From: an uncultured bacterium
GTDB taxonomy: Bacteria; Verrucomicrobiota; Kiritimatiellia; CAIKKV01
DNA length: 64,000 nucleotides
Direction of reading: 5' to 3'
Assembly: GCA_938038445.1 (NCBI GenBank)
Contig: CALHRZ010000010.1
Span: forward strand, 16,757-80,756
Shown: positions 47,801 through 55,654 of the stretch, piece by piece
Numbering within the stretch: position 1 is the stretch's first letter
Layout of the letters: each line of letters opens with the position of its first letter
Position numbers and translations under genes: made by a program
The notes under the pieces: model-generated
The model's database searches: none
Seen by the model: the letters and a program-made list of their open reading frames with translations, nothing else
What the model was told of the DNA's origin: nothing

Positions 47801-49619
47801 GCAGTGGACGATCCGCGACAGTCAGTTTATCTACAATACGGTGAATGCCAGCGGAAGCGGCTCGCGTGGGCGTGGTGCGGGCGTATATATTCATGGCGGC
47901 CAGCATGCGATCCGAAACTGCCTCTTTACCCAGAACTATCCTGCCGGAGCGGTGGATCAAGCGACGATGGCGCAAGGCGGGGCAGCCTACTTGACCAATA
48001 CCGTTGTTGCGTTCGATTACGTGACGGTGGCCGGCAATGTGCATGAGGGAATTCATGGCGCACAATTTGCCGAAATCCGGCATTCGATCCTGTGGCACAA
48101 TGGGAAAGACCTTGTCGGAACGCCGGGCGTATTGGCATACAACTCCATCAGTGACGGGGATGGGGTGGGGACCAATGGAAACGTGGTGACGGATCCTCGG
48201 TTTGAATATGGGTTCTATCTTGGTGATGGGAGTGGGTGTCGGGATGCGGCTTCGGAGACCGCTGCAGCGGCTGGGTTGGGCGGGATGTCGACCCGAGCGG
48301 ATGGGGCTTTGGATGAGGGTATGGCGGATCTTGGGTATCATGCGGCGCGTGGGATTGGGCCTTGGCACACTCTCTATGTGGCGACGGACGGCAATGACGC
48401 AAATGCCGGAACGAATTCTGCGGCCCCCTTGCGATCGCTGACAAGGGCTCTTGAAAAGGCGCTGATGGGGACGCGCGTCCTTGTTGCCGAGGGGCTCTAT
48501 GACAAAACGGTGGAAACATTCCCACTGATTGTGGACAAGGCGGGAATTCAACTTCTCGGTACGAATTTCGAAACCACAATTGTTTCCGCTTTGAATGCCA
48601 CGAGCCGGGTATTTCACGTCTTTGAGGCTCCGTGGGTTGTGTTGAGGGGAATGACCATAAGGGATGGCGTTCAGACGACTTATCGGTACTATCAGCAGGG
48701 CGGTGGGTTGTGGATTCGTCATTCGACTGATCTGCTGTTGGATCGCTGCGGGGTCGTCAACAATCTCAATCAGGGCGCAGTCAACGAGAATCGTTATGGG
48801 GGCGGTATCTATGCAGAAAATGCGGCGTTTGCTCGGGCGATCAACACTCGTTTTGTCAGCAACACCGTGTTTGCGAGTGCCGGACTATGGTCTGGTCTTG
48901 GGCATGGTGGGGGATTATACTTGTTGCGGGGAAGCTGGACCTTCGAGCGGTGTGTCTTTTCGGGCAATCTGGCCCGTGGGTACAATAATGAAGGTGCCTT
49001 GGGAGGCGCGGTGGCCATCTTGGGGGGAACCCATGAGTTTCGCAATTCCTTGATCGTCTCCAACAGTCTCGAATCCCGGGGTTATGGAGGGGATGGCGTG
49101 TATTCCCAGAACGCGACCACCCGCGTGGTAAACTGCACGGTTGCGGACAATGGGTGGCATCCGACGAAACCTGCGGGCTATTTTCGCGATGGATTGAGGC
49201 AAGTCGGAACGGGATACTTTGAAGTGCGCAACAGCATTGTGTATGGAAATCAGACGAACGATTTGGCGGGATTCACCACGAATGAGGTGGGCGAGTTGAT
49301 TAATGTTTACTACACGTGCATCGGAGACGGCCAAAACAACGGCGTGCAAGGATGCTTCCAGGCTGATCCGTTGTTTGCGGACCGTATTCATTATCATGAG
49401 CTATCCCGGAAAGGCTATTACAGCGGGGGCTTCTGGACAGGTGGGGAATGGCTCCTGGGCGGGGAAACAAGCTCTTGCATTGATGCGGGGGATCCCAATG
49501 ACGCGTATGAACATGAACCGGAACCCAACGGGAAGCGGATCAATCTCGGCGCATATGGCAACACGGAGACCGCCAGCAAGACGGCACGGCCGGGAGGAAC
49601 ACTCATCATTGTTCGGTAA
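38874..49619 (+). CDS. Giant (3581 aa) secreted multidomain surface/adhesin-like protein: PATR (autotransporter-associated beta-strand) repeats, Calx-beta, DUF2341-LamG, FN3 modules and three PbH1 beta-helix modules with choice-of-anchor-Q-like caps
   Basis: It has a signal peptide and a strong RBS (GGAGGG). Repeated GTLWL...NTFTG...GGTVRA units occupy the N-terminal ~1400 aa. The Calx-beta signature is VSDATVAETDSGEVELVFDVTL...DYTATSG. The LamG region is GEWNHVVVVVDRDAGRSAVYLNGEF. The repeated caps are DAGDP...NGGRLNLGAYGGT and CIDAGDPNDAYEHEPEPNGKRINLGAYGNT. Confidence 0.7.
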   Translation: MTFRCCSGRLFQLLGVLCSFFLSEVGWGQTWTFNVPERVVETGTNWLTGAGVVSKTGIGTLWLIPTGATNVYTGPTYVLDGVLRADEGRGLPFASTLYLNGQNVATRSTGVLETRGTFSRDVGTAAGQVYWNGTYGGFAARGGDLIVTLNGGAPLLWGAANGFNAKSLSLSSLTADGAVEIRNDIGLGANRAVFIELNTNNANNLAVLSGVISNGAASAFGLTVNGRGTLWLRNTNTFTGALTFGGGTVRAVDGVGLPTTALVTFNNTATHGILESSGSFTRTIGSGAGQISWQSSSVGGGFAAWGGPLNVSLNGGGVINWASGTDGFNGRVLVLNSFTANDRVILENSIELGAARTIYVYDNPFSENDAAEIRGELRGNNTGYNLTKSGPGILELSGFNSYRGNTFVGEGTLRVNGTIASNNYIQVNVPAMLSGTGRVISVAANGLLNYGTVSPQDGTAAGVLRYTGHGTLYTNSRLEVVLGPGTQVGRLEISGNVTIQTNFIVRFRDFGGSCKAEDELTVLTYGTNCMSFPTNSWSFDASLVQHSGRWNWTNAVLVHDPAGKRVYVTGLRVDPQTPSTWVTWNGGAGNWTDWNWDGPEPVPTIETEALVLSSDSDIQVTGEQEAHTLTLSNGVVQIESGGELESYYVEIGGGELNVEGVLKGFERVRVAPAGSLRISGTLQGADLIIEGTNVLESGADLRVRQWVFGADQTLGSNVSIAADRVSVPPALFLESGSVLSAGTWSVKGNVDVAASAQVAGQVRLATDGDMTIHGEAASGAVIVMDGGTLRASEATRVGGLDFTLGGVLIRDGATDPLQVAGPLIVQGVNLDLDGLKLDTSEAAIVATNGYWLSTTGDLNAASLRMVGPMLRVGGMVSISNVLSLEDVTITNPITGDTMVLVGEGRTRDQLVWLAASNSFRGKVQIERGTLRAIPGIGLPDDPGAGAFDFSADTAGWHALLEGNGVFARSIGEGSGDVFWSGHGGFAAWGGDLDVTLRGGDLITWGATNGFRGFNLYLSSTSATHVVTLHNPLLVNGTHILRVFDNPFTNSDYARITGTISMDTAGRILQKAEPGMVWLTGTNTFGGRLQIDDGVVRAIDGAGLPASATLYLNGSLPGTRACGVLESSGVFARNIGTGAGQVYWNNAGGFSAFGGPLEVLLNGGATISWGAANGFNSKILVSGGPTADEVVTLVNPVDLGANRSIYVWDNTNSPSDAFKMAGTLANGGAGHFGIWKYGDGVLWVTGTNTFTGGITNFNGVVRFGDGIGISASASMRLSGGNITPCVFETSGTLTRNLGTEAGQIHWGGSGGFAAWGGDLDLVFHGGSNIVWSALSGGFNGQVLHLGSRTANGRVDLKNDIALNGHRTIYVWDNPFSTSDYARISGTISNGPTAGSQFLRYGDGLLELTATNSYTGQTSLYDGDTRVMGVISGPVVVAVNHTNGPRTILSGIGRVGNLTVQANGIVAPGAGGVGTLTVNGNATIQRGAALEWEIGLDQQSDRIHIISNVTFNAEWVLRVRDGGGCPTKEDRYPVVTFGGFLASNTTTVLDFSLLDEEVWDVSEARVYYDPTNKQVGITGLGYTGPRVLVSDATVAETDSGEVELVFDVTLFDGFMGDVDLYFATADGTAEAGSDYTATSGVVTLTMDWPSTTIVVKVQGDTVPEWPSEYFLLSLAVTGGNARLVRSTAVGKIADDDGSARYKMPIVLSGYTGTETLINFPALVTFREGDGGFSYGQMGHTNGWDLRFLNAEETEELAYEIEQWNRAGTSYVWVRIPRLSGTNTLIWAVWGDATVTEPPVYSTNGTVWSEGFVTVHHFTPPVGGLYRDSGPRNFHGVNEGGRMASGAIGVGLDLNGPTNNVNMTGVASSEQSFTFEMWVRTPSLVLNRYLFDALNGRHLIAINYPTVGTIAYYDGTWRYFPGAQGLNNGEWNHVVVVVDRDAGRSAVYLNGEFVGTNTYNPRVLGGQARIGSQYNAPATQHYDGQMDEFRISDRARSADWIRANSQTQSRPDEFARKGNVFTARGGALAEGVLAVGNRAATGVRDGKATLNGILVGTGGEATAGLMVCWGTADGGTGATGDWEYAASLGTGIEPASWVSFEVDGLTPGQSYAYRFFATNAAGEAWASPAEWFVVPRGWYVATTGDGSDGQSWATAYTNIQQALDAAQPGDEIFLKGERFNICSDPTENNQLLVTTPNLRIRGGYEGVGTPGANDPSVWVTIITRSAGTNRLMLIDGADNVELYGLMFTNGLPRARANPVHPDSSGAGLFIRNANGIRIERCVFQQNWGYGPFVNGGYVYGGGICAVTSRLEIVASRFVSNRVTSLSSANIQNGSGGGIAVVDGELTIEDSEILDNWVAGDYLHGYVDGGGLSIRGLFTARRVVVARNDVGEPSNDARQFGDGIYLWGAGKIENGLFFRNGQFAPGTSGTSNFAVYVAGGYLTMDRCTVTDHKQAGLYRIGGSVVISNSIFWNNNFLDIYENVAGNVIPFYTLTQQGFYDGVNGCFSANPLFADTNTFHLKSAYGTYTGGWFSGGTWENADANSPAIDAGDPLFRADLEPFPNGGRLNLGAYGGTMVASKSPPIAVSNEPASGVSPTMARLNGRIVSVGGYGTEAWFLWDTEDRGGDVGAWSNRTFVSTYDAAGPVTLFLTGLTPETVYYYRLMATNSAGGYALAEPSESFETVLSKPEVANRGVENEAGPTVVLKGEVVLTGGEDPGVYVVWGEVPGGKATGSWENVVYAGFQGGTFSVEVATAPGRSYYYTCYATNSGGEDWAWPPIHFGVSNLFYVSADAVGEGTGQGWVNAFSNLQDALNAVLSDKPTEIYIKGGGGKELQAAAEVGWNRSNVRILGGYEGVGWPGNRDPEVWPTVLTRRPANFIRILSIQGVTNGLLDGVTIRHGNLADFGGGIRIVNSTNLTIANCRIERNKGENATGGTTGGGGVYAVDSFGVITNCLFERNAVTNTAGGGFALGGGLMISNGQWTIRDSQFIYNTVNASGSGSRGRGAGVYIHGGQHAIRNCLFTQNYPAGAVDQATMAQGGAAYLTNTVVAFDYVTVAGNVHEGIHGAQFAEIRHSILWHNGKDLVGTPGVLAYNSISDGDGVGTNGNVVTDPRFEYGFYLGDGSGCRDAASETAAAAGLGGMSTRADGALDEGMADLGYHAARGIGPWHTLYVATDGNDANAGTNSAAPLRSLTRALEKALMGTRVLVAEGLYDKTVETFPLIVDKAGIQLLGTNFETTIVSALNATSRVFHVFEAPWVVLRGMTIRDGVQTTYRYYQQGGGLWIRHSTDLLLDRCGVVNNLNQGAVNENRYGGGIYAENAAFARAINTRFVSNTVFASAGLWSGLGHGGGLYLLRGSWTFERCVFSGNLARGYNNEGALGGAVAILGGTHEFRNSLIVSNSLESRGYGGDGVYSQNATTRVVNCTVADNGWHPTKPAGYFRDGLRQVGTGYFEVRNSIVYGNQTNDLAGFTTNEVGELINVYYTCIGDGQNNGVQGCFQADPLFADRIHYHELSRKGYYSGGFWTGGEWLLGGETSSCIDAGDPNDAYEHEPEPNGKRINLGAYGNTETASKTARPGGTLIIVR

Positions 49620-49622
49620 ATC

Positions 49623-50993
49623 ATGAGAAAAATCGCACGGCTCAATCAGGAATGGAAAAAAATCTCCAAAGTTATTCAGGCATGGGAAGGGGCGATCGAC
49701 CCTCTTTTCATGACCCCTACGGAGGAATTTAAACGCCGGCAGACGGCTGTTTGGAAATCATTGGAGCAAGGGGGATACGACGCCGGGTTTGTCTTTTCGG
49801 ACGAACATTACTGCGGCGACGTGCCGTATCTGGGAGGCAATACCAATATTTCCATTGAGCAAGTAGCGGGGCTGATCGGGTCGACGGGTTTTCATTTGAT
49901 TGCCGGTTTGGAAGGGGGATATGTCGCCGAACAGCTTGCCTACCGTTCCGGTTGCACGGTTCATAAGGCCGAGCTGTTGCAACTTGCCGACGAAAAATAT
50001 CCCGTTGCAGCGGAAAAGTTGGGCGATATTTTGCAAGCGGCGGCCGGAAAACCGTTGCCAGCGATACGGAAGATTGGGTTGCTATCGCCCCGGCAGGTGA
50101 TTCCGTCCAGTCTCATCGAGCATTTGCATCATCTCCTCGGGCCGGAGCGTGTCGAGGATGCGCAGGAGCGGTATTTTCGGATCAAATACGAAAAATCGGA
50201 TGTTGAGATGCGATTGATCGCCGATGCCTGCAAGGTGGCCGATGCCATGATGCGGGGAATGTTGGCGGTTTTGAGGCCGGGCATGTTGGAAACGGAGGTC
50301 GCGGCCTGGGCGTCATTCCTAGGGAAAGCATTGGGCTGTGAGGATTGCGGCTTTAAGGTCATGGTGGGGGCCAATGAAGCGAACCGGACTCTGATTGGGA
50401 AGGCCCTTAATCGCCCGATTCAGAAAGGGGATTGGGTCCATTTGGGCGTGGCGCCGACGAGAGACGGGCTCAACTCGTGCATTCGCCGGTCGGTTATTGC
50501 GGTCGAATCGCCGGAAGAGGTCACATCGGATCAACGATATTGGTTCCGGTTCATCGAGCAAGCCTATCGCGTGGGGCATCGAAAATATGTGGAAGTGGCA
50601 AAAAACAATCTACCGGCCAGGCTTCAAGAGCAAGCGCTGGTGGATTTTTTTGCGTCGAAAGCGGAGGAAGTTTCCCGGCGGGTGGGAAAACCTATTCCCC
50701 TCGCGCAACTGAAGCCGTATACGGGAACCCACAATGCGGGGTATACGGAATGCCAGGAGTTTTTTGGCGCCATCACCTTGGAGTCCGAAGAGCCGCTTGG
50801 CCGTCAGATTGTCACCATGTTGGATGTCGCACTTCGGGGGTTTGGAAGCAAGTGGCATGAGGTGGTCATTCCGGGTTTTGACTACATCGTCATTGAAAAC
50901 ACGTTGGGGAAATACGATTCGACGATCAAAACCCTCACCCAGATGCCGTTGAACGTGCAGCGGTTGGTGGGGAATGTGGACGAATTGAAATAG
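49623..50993 (+). CDS. Hypothetical protein (possible creatinase/M24-peptidase-like fold), co-transcribed with the giant gene
   Basis: It starts 3 nt after the giant gene stop. The weak resemblance to Xaa-Pro aminopeptidase/creatinase architecture is not a confident assignment. Confidence 0.3.
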   Translation: MRKIARLNQEWKKISKVIQAWEGAIDPLFMTPTEEFKRRQTAVWKSLEQGGYDAGFVFSDEHYCGDVPYLGGNTNISIEQVAGLIGSTGFHLIAGLEGGYVAEQLAYRSGCTVHKAELLQLADEKYPVAAEKLGDILQAAAGKPLPAIRKIGLLSPRQVIPSSLIEHLHHLLGPERVEDAQERYFRIKYEKSDVEMRLIADACKVADAMMRGMLAVLRPGMLETEVAAWASFLGKALGCEDCGFKVMVGANEANRTLIGKALNRPIQKGDWVHLGVAPTRDGLNSCIRRSVIAVESPEEVTSDQRYWFRFIEQAYRVGHRKYVEVAKNNLPARLQEQALVDFFASKAEEVSRRVGKPIPLAQLKPYTGTHNAGYTECQEFFGAITLESEEPLGRQIVTMLDVALRGFGSKWHEVVIPGFDYIVIENTLGKYDSTIKTLTQMPLNVQRLVGNVDELK

Positions 50994-51003
50994 GCGGAAA
51001 CCC

Positions 51004-51363
51004 TTAGGGGAGGGGAATCTTGTTCCCTTCCGCATCCACCCGCACGAGGGTGACGGTGGTGGAAAACATGGGTTCATCGGCCGCGCGTCCCGGTGCTCTT
51101 CGAAATACCGTCACGTCGTACTGAACGGACGTATTGCCTTTGGTCTTCTGGACGCATTCGAAGCGCAGGATATCTCCATTGCCGGATCGTTTTTTGAATA
51201 CGACGTGATCCAGGGCGACGGTGACGAACGCGCAGTCGGGGAACTCCCGGGTTGCGGCAATCCACGCTGTTTCATCGACCCAGCGGAGCAAGTTTCCGCC
51301 GAAAAGAAAGCCGAAATGGTTCAGGTGTTCCGGCATCACCAGTTTGTAGGTCGTCGTGCTCAT
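51004..51363 (-). CDS. Acyl-CoA thioesterase (hotdog fold, YciA-like)
   Basis: The start was trimmed to ATG 51363 (MSTTTYKLVMPEHLNHFGFLFGGNLLRWVDETAWIAA...), a hotdog thioesterase pattern of 119 aa. Confidence 0.55.
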   Translation of the reverse strand: MSTTTYKLVMPEHLNHFGFLFGGNLLRWVDETAWIAATREFPDCAFVTVALDHVVFKKRSGNGDILRFECVQKTKGNTSVQYDVTVFRRAPGRAADEPMFSTTVTLVRVDAEGNKIPLP

Positions 51364-51390
51364 GCGCGCATTGTGAGAGATCGCCCAGCG

Positions 51391-51434
51391 CGCTTCAACC
51401 TTTTTTGACGCGTCAAAAAGCGGGTTGAAAGCCG
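51391..51434. promoter_or_regulatory. Extended near-perfect palindrome (core TTTTTGACGCGTCAAAAA flanked by TTCAACC/GGTTGAA) in the thioesterase/polA divergent promoter region
   Basis: The 18-bp perfect palindrome lies at 51402-51419, with outer 7-bp inverted arms at 51393-51399 and 51425-51431. It is ~40 bp upstream of both divergent start codons. Confidence 0.4.
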
Positions 51435-51459
51435 GTACGGAATCGGGCAATCTGTCTAC

Positions 51460-54180
51460 ATGGATGAGACGCCCCGGCTTTTTGTGGTGGATGTGATGCC
51501 TTTTCTGTATCGGGGGTACTTTGTCTTTCTGCGAAACCCCCGGATTACCTCGACCGGACTGAACACTTCTGCGTTGTATGGATTTGCCTCGAGTCTGGTC
51601 TCGATCCTCGAGGACCAGAAACCCACCCATGTAGCCTTGGCGCTTGATTCGGAAGGACCCTCATTCCGGCATCAGGTGTATGCGCCGTATAAAGCCCAAC
51701 GACAGAAGGCGCCGGAGGATCTCAAGGCGGCCATTCCCATGGCAATTGAGTTGGCCCGGGCGCTACGGATTCCTATTTTGCAGGTTGAGGGTTATGAGGC
51801 GGACGATCTGATGGGGATGTTAGCTCGCAAAGGACGGGACGCGGGGTGGAGGGTGTATTTGGTCACACCGGACAAGGACGCGGCTCAATTGGTGGAGGAA
51901 GGGGTTTTTCTCGTTCGTCCGGGCAAAAAAGGAGATGCGTTGGAGATTTTGGGTCCGGAAGAGGTGGCTTCTCGTTGGGGGCTTAAGCATCCCAGGCAAA
52001 TGGTAGACTATTTGGCGTTAGCGGGCGATACGTCCGACAATCTGCCTGGAATACCGGGCGTAGGCGAAAAGACGGCCAGAATCCTTTTGGAAAAATATGG
52101 CTCGCTGGATAACATTTTAGCTCATGCAGGAGAGATCACCGGCCGACTGGCGGAGCGTGTGCGGGAAGGACGCGAATCGGCGCTCCTTAGCCGAAGACTG
52201 GCCACCATTCGGGCCGATGTGCCCCTGGCCGTTGCGTTGGACGACCTGAGGCGGAGGGAGCCGGACCGGAATGCCTTGCAACAGGTTCTCAGTAAATATG
52301 AGTTGCAACAGGTTGGGCGGCGGTTGTTGGGGGAACTGTTTGAGATCAAGCCTGCGGCAAGGCGGGAATCGCTTCAAAGCGTTCCCCACGAGTATCGGCT
52401 GGCGGATACGGAGGAGGAACGCCATCGCCTTTTGGAAGCGCTACGGCAGGCGCCGGTGTGGTCGTTCGACACCGAAACCACGGGACTCGACCCTTGGAAG
52501 GCGAGGCTGGTTGGAGTATCGTTTGCCGTAGCGCCGGGGCGTGCCTGGTATCTCCCGGTTCCATCGGGGAAAGAGGAGTCCCTTCGCTGGTTGGCACCCT
52601 TTCAACCGCTCTTCGGCGATTCCACCCGCGTGCGCGTTGCGCATAATGCAAAATTCGATCTCACCATTCTTCGCCGCTATGGGCTCCTGCTGAAGGGGCG
52701 TGTGCACGACACGATGCTTGCGCATTATGTGCTCGACATGGGCGATCGTCATTCGTTGGACCATCTTGCGCAGACGTACTTGAATTATGAACCCATCCCG
52801 ATTCGGGTTTTGATCGGAGAGCGTGGGGCGGAGCAAGGAAACATGGGGGATCTCGATCCGCGCCAGATTGTGGATTATGCGGCGGAGGATGCCGATCTGA
52901 CTCTCCGGCTGCATGAAATCCTGCGCCCCGAAGTATTGCAGAAAGGCGCGCTGCCGGCCTTGGAAGAGTGCGAGGAGCCGTTGGTCGAGGTTCTGATCGC
53001 GATGGAGGAGACGGGGGTACGGATTGATCCCGGGGTTCTTCGGGCATACGGCCGCGAGTTGAACCGCGAACTGCTCGAATTGGAGCAGAAAATCGTCGAA
53101 GCCGCTGGAACGGCCTTTAACGTCAATTCCCCCAAGCAACTCGGTGAAGTGCTTTTTGATCGGCTGAAGCTGGATCCTCATGCGGGACTTACGGCGACTG
53201 GGCAGCAGTATGCGACGAGTGAAGAGGTGTTGCAGAAACTCGTGGACCGTCATCCCATTGTCCCCCTTATCCTCGAACACCGGACCTGCAGCAAGCTTAA
53301 GTCTACCTATGTGGACAAACTGCCGGAATGCATTGATTCCGCCACGGGGCGTGTCCATACACGGTTCAGCCAGACGCTGACGGAGACCGGCCGGCTTTCC
53401 TCTTCCGATCCCAACCTCCAAAATATTCCTGTGCGGACGGAACGAGGCAAGCGCATTCGGCAAGCCTTTGTGGCGCGCGACGACCGTCACGTGTTGCTTT
53501 CGGCCGACTATTCCCAGATCGAGCTTCGGGTGATGGCGGCCCTCAGTGGCGATCCGGCGATGCGGGAGGCGTTTGCGCGCGGGGCGGATATTCATGTGGA
53601 GACGGCGGCGCGGGTCTATGGCGTGATGCCGTCCCTGGTGACGCCTGAGATGCGAAACCGCTGCAAGATGGTGAATTTCGGAATCATTTATGGGATCTCG
53701 GCCTTTGGACTTTCCCAGCGGCTGGGCATTTCCCGCAAGCAGGCGCAGGAGCTGATCGACGCCTATTTTACCCAATATCCTGGAGTGAAAGCATATATGG
53801 AGAAAACCATTGCCGAGGCGCGGCGGCTGGGGTATGTGCAAACCGTCTTGGGCCGTCGGCGTTATCTAAGGGACATTCAGTCGCGCAACGCCACGGTGAG
53901 GCAGGCGGCGGAGCGGAATGCGATCAACACCCCAATTCAGGGTACGGCGGCCGATTTGATCAAGCTGGCGATGATTCGCATTCATCGGTTGTTTCTGGAG
54001 AAGGGGTGGAAGGCCCGAATGGTGTTGCAGATTCACGACGAGTTGCTGTTTGATGTTCCGAGGGAGGAAGTGGAGGAGGTGCGGGATGTGGTCCGGAAAT
54101 GCATGCTTGAGGCGATGGATCTTGGGGTTCCGCTGGCGGTTGAACTGGGTGTGGGGTGCAATTGGTTAGAGGCCCACTGA
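51460..54180 (+). CDS. polA: DNA polymerase I
   Basis: The 5'-3' exonuclease N-terminus, the 3'-5' exo region and the polymerase motifs (RQAFVARDDRHVLLSADYSQIELRVMA; KMVNFGIIYGISAFGL; QIHDELLFDV) are present. Confidence 0.9.
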   Translation: MDETPRLFVVDVMPFLYRGYFVFLRNPRITSTGLNTSALYGFASSLVSILEDQKPTHVALALDSEGPSFRHQVYAPYKAQRQKAPEDLKAAIPMAIELARALRIPILQVEGYEADDLMGMLARKGRDAGWRVYLVTPDKDAAQLVEEGVFLVRPGKKGDALEILGPEEVASRWGLKHPRQMVDYLALAGDTSDNLPGIPGVGEKTARILLEKYGSLDNILAHAGEITGRLAERVREGRESALLSRRLATIRADVPLAVALDDLRRREPDRNALQQVLSKYELQQVGRRLLGELFEIKPAARRESLQSVPHEYRLADTEEERHRLLEALRQAPVWSFDTETTGLDPWKARLVGVSFAVAPGRAWYLPVPSGKEESLRWLAPFQPLFGDSTRVRVAHNAKFDLTILRRYGLLLKGRVHDTMLAHYVLDMGDRHSLDHLAQTYLNYEPIPIRVLIGERGAEQGNMGDLDPRQIVDYAAEDADLTLRLHEILRPEVLQKGALPALEECEEPLVEVLIAMEETGVRIDPGVLRAYGRELNRELLELEQKIVEAAGTAFNVNSPKQLGEVLFDRLKLDPHAGLTATGQQYATSEEVLQKLVDRHPIVPLILEHRTCSKLKSTYVDKLPECIDSATGRVHTRFSQTLTETGRLSSSDPNLQNIPVRTERGKRIRQAFVARDDRHVLLSADYSQIELRVMAALSGDPAMREAFARGADIHVETAARVYGVMPSLVTPEMRNRCKMVNFGIIYGISAFGLSQRLGISRKQAQELIDAYFTQYPGVKAYMEKTIAEARRLGYVQTVLGRRRYLRDIQSRNATVRQAAERNAINTPIQGTAADLIKLAMIRIHRLFLEKGWKARMVLQIHDELLFDVPREEVEEVRDVVRKCMLEAMDLGVPLAVELGVGCNWLEAH

Positions 54181-54373
54181 GCGTGTGGGAGTTGCCCTGA
54201 ATTCCGCGAAGGAAGCGCGGCACGGCCGATAATAATTTTCTCGTGAAACCGGATTGGCCCCCCAATGGATCTTGACGTTCTGAACCAAAAGAGGCAGCAT
54301 AACCATTTTGCACGAGGTTGTTGTGGCTGTTTTTAAACCGGCCAATCGAATTTGGAATCCGACATACGAATGC

Positions 54374-55645
54374 ATGCCGCGCCCTGCACTTGACGCGCTT
54401 CAAGTCGAACGGCTGCGGGACCGGCTTGAGCGCGTCTGCCGTTCGGTACCCTGGTATGCGGAAAAGATGCGGTCGGCGGGGATCCGTCCCGCTTCGATCC
54501 GCTCGCTTGAGGATGTTCGACGACTTCCTTTCACGACGAAGGACGATTTACGGAAGAGCTATCCGTATGGGGCATTTGCCGTGCCGATGCGCGAAATCGT
54601 TCGCATCCATGCGTCGACCGGCACCACGGGTAAACCGACAGTCGTCGGTTATACGCGGCGGGACATGGAGACGTGGATGGAAGTGGTCGCGCGGTTTCTC
54701 ATTTCCGGCGGGTTGACGGAAGACGACATTGTGCAGATCGCATTTGGGTATGGGCTTTTCACGGGCGGGTTTGGCCTTCACTATGGAGTGGAAAAAATCG
54801 GTGCGGCCGTCATTCCCGCCTCTTCCGGCAACACGGAACGGCAGATTCTCTTGCTGCGCGATTTCGGCACCACCGCTTTGGTGTGCACCCCGACTTATGC
54901 CGTCCACCTGGGTGAGGAGCTTCAGAAGACGGGAGAAGAGTTATCCCGTTTGCGCCTTCGGTTGGGTTTTTTTGGCGGGGAGTTCTGGACAAATGAAATC
55001 AGGGAAAAGATCCAAGCATTGCTCGGTATCTTCGCGACCGACAACTATGGTCTTTCAGAGGTCATGGGGCCTGGGGTCAGCGGGGAGTGCGTGGAGCAGC
55101 GGGGCATGCATGTGCAAGAGGATCATTTTTTGTTTGAGATTGTACATCCAGGGACATTGGAGCCTGTTCCGGACGGCGAAACAGGAGAGGTGGTTCTCAC
55201 GACCCTCACCAAGGAGGGGATGCCGGTCATACGGTATCGGACGCGCGATATCACCCGCGTCATTCCCGAGCCGTGTCCTTGTGGGCGGACGACCCGCCGG
55301 ATGGAGAAAGTGACGGGGCGGACGGACGACATGCTGATCATTCGGGGGGTCAACATTTTTCCCTCGCAAGTGGAGGAGGTTTTACTGCGGTTTCAAGGGA
55401 CGGCGCCCCACTATTTACTGGTGGCCTCGCGTGAGGGGGCGCTGGACCGTCTCGAAGTCAAGGTGGAGATGTCCGAAGCTCTTTTCACGGACGAAATGAA
55501 AAAGCTGACGGAGGTCAAGGAAGCACTTCAACATCGACTCGACAGTGCTCTGGGCATACGGGTTAAGCTGACGCTGGTTGAGCCTGGTTCCCTGGAGCGA
55601 TTTATCGGAAAAGCGAAACGGGTGATTGACACCCGGCGATTCTAA
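54374..55645 (+). CDS. Phenylacetate-CoA ligase family adenylating enzyme (PaaK / coenzyme F390 synthetase-like)
   Basis: The ATG at 54374 gives [21 protein letters not shown]...; the motifs TKDDLR, SGTTGKPT and the PaaK-type C-terminal domain are present. Confidence 0.7.
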   Translation: MPRPALDALQVERLRDRLERVCRSVPWYAEKMRSAGIRPASIRSLEDVRRLPFTTKDDLRKSYPYGAFAVPMREIVRIHASTGTTGKPTVVGYTRRDMETWMEVVARFLISGGLTEDDIVQIAFGYGLFTGGFGLHYGVEKIGAAVIPASSGNTERQILLLRDFGTTALVCTPTYAVHLGEELQKTGEELSRLRLRLGFFGGEFWTNEIREKIQALLGIFATDNYGLSEVMGPGVSGECVEQRGMHVQEDHFLFEIVHPGTLEPVPDGETGEVVLTTLTKEGMPVIRYRTRDITRVIPEPCPCGRTTRRMEKVTGRTDDMLIIRGVNIFPSQVEEVLLRFQGTAPHYLLVASREGALDRLEVKVEMSEALFTDEMKKLTEVKEALQHRLDSALGIRVKLTLVEPGSLERFIGKAKRVIDTRRF

Positions 55646-55654
55646 TATCCGATC

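Noticed and set aside
51013-51027. GGGAA-tcttg-TTCCC hairpin as a bidirectional terminator between the M24-like and thioesterase genes
   Set aside because: It lies inside the thioesterase coding sequence, because the two convergent stop codons are only 10 nt apart. It is not a free-standing terminator.
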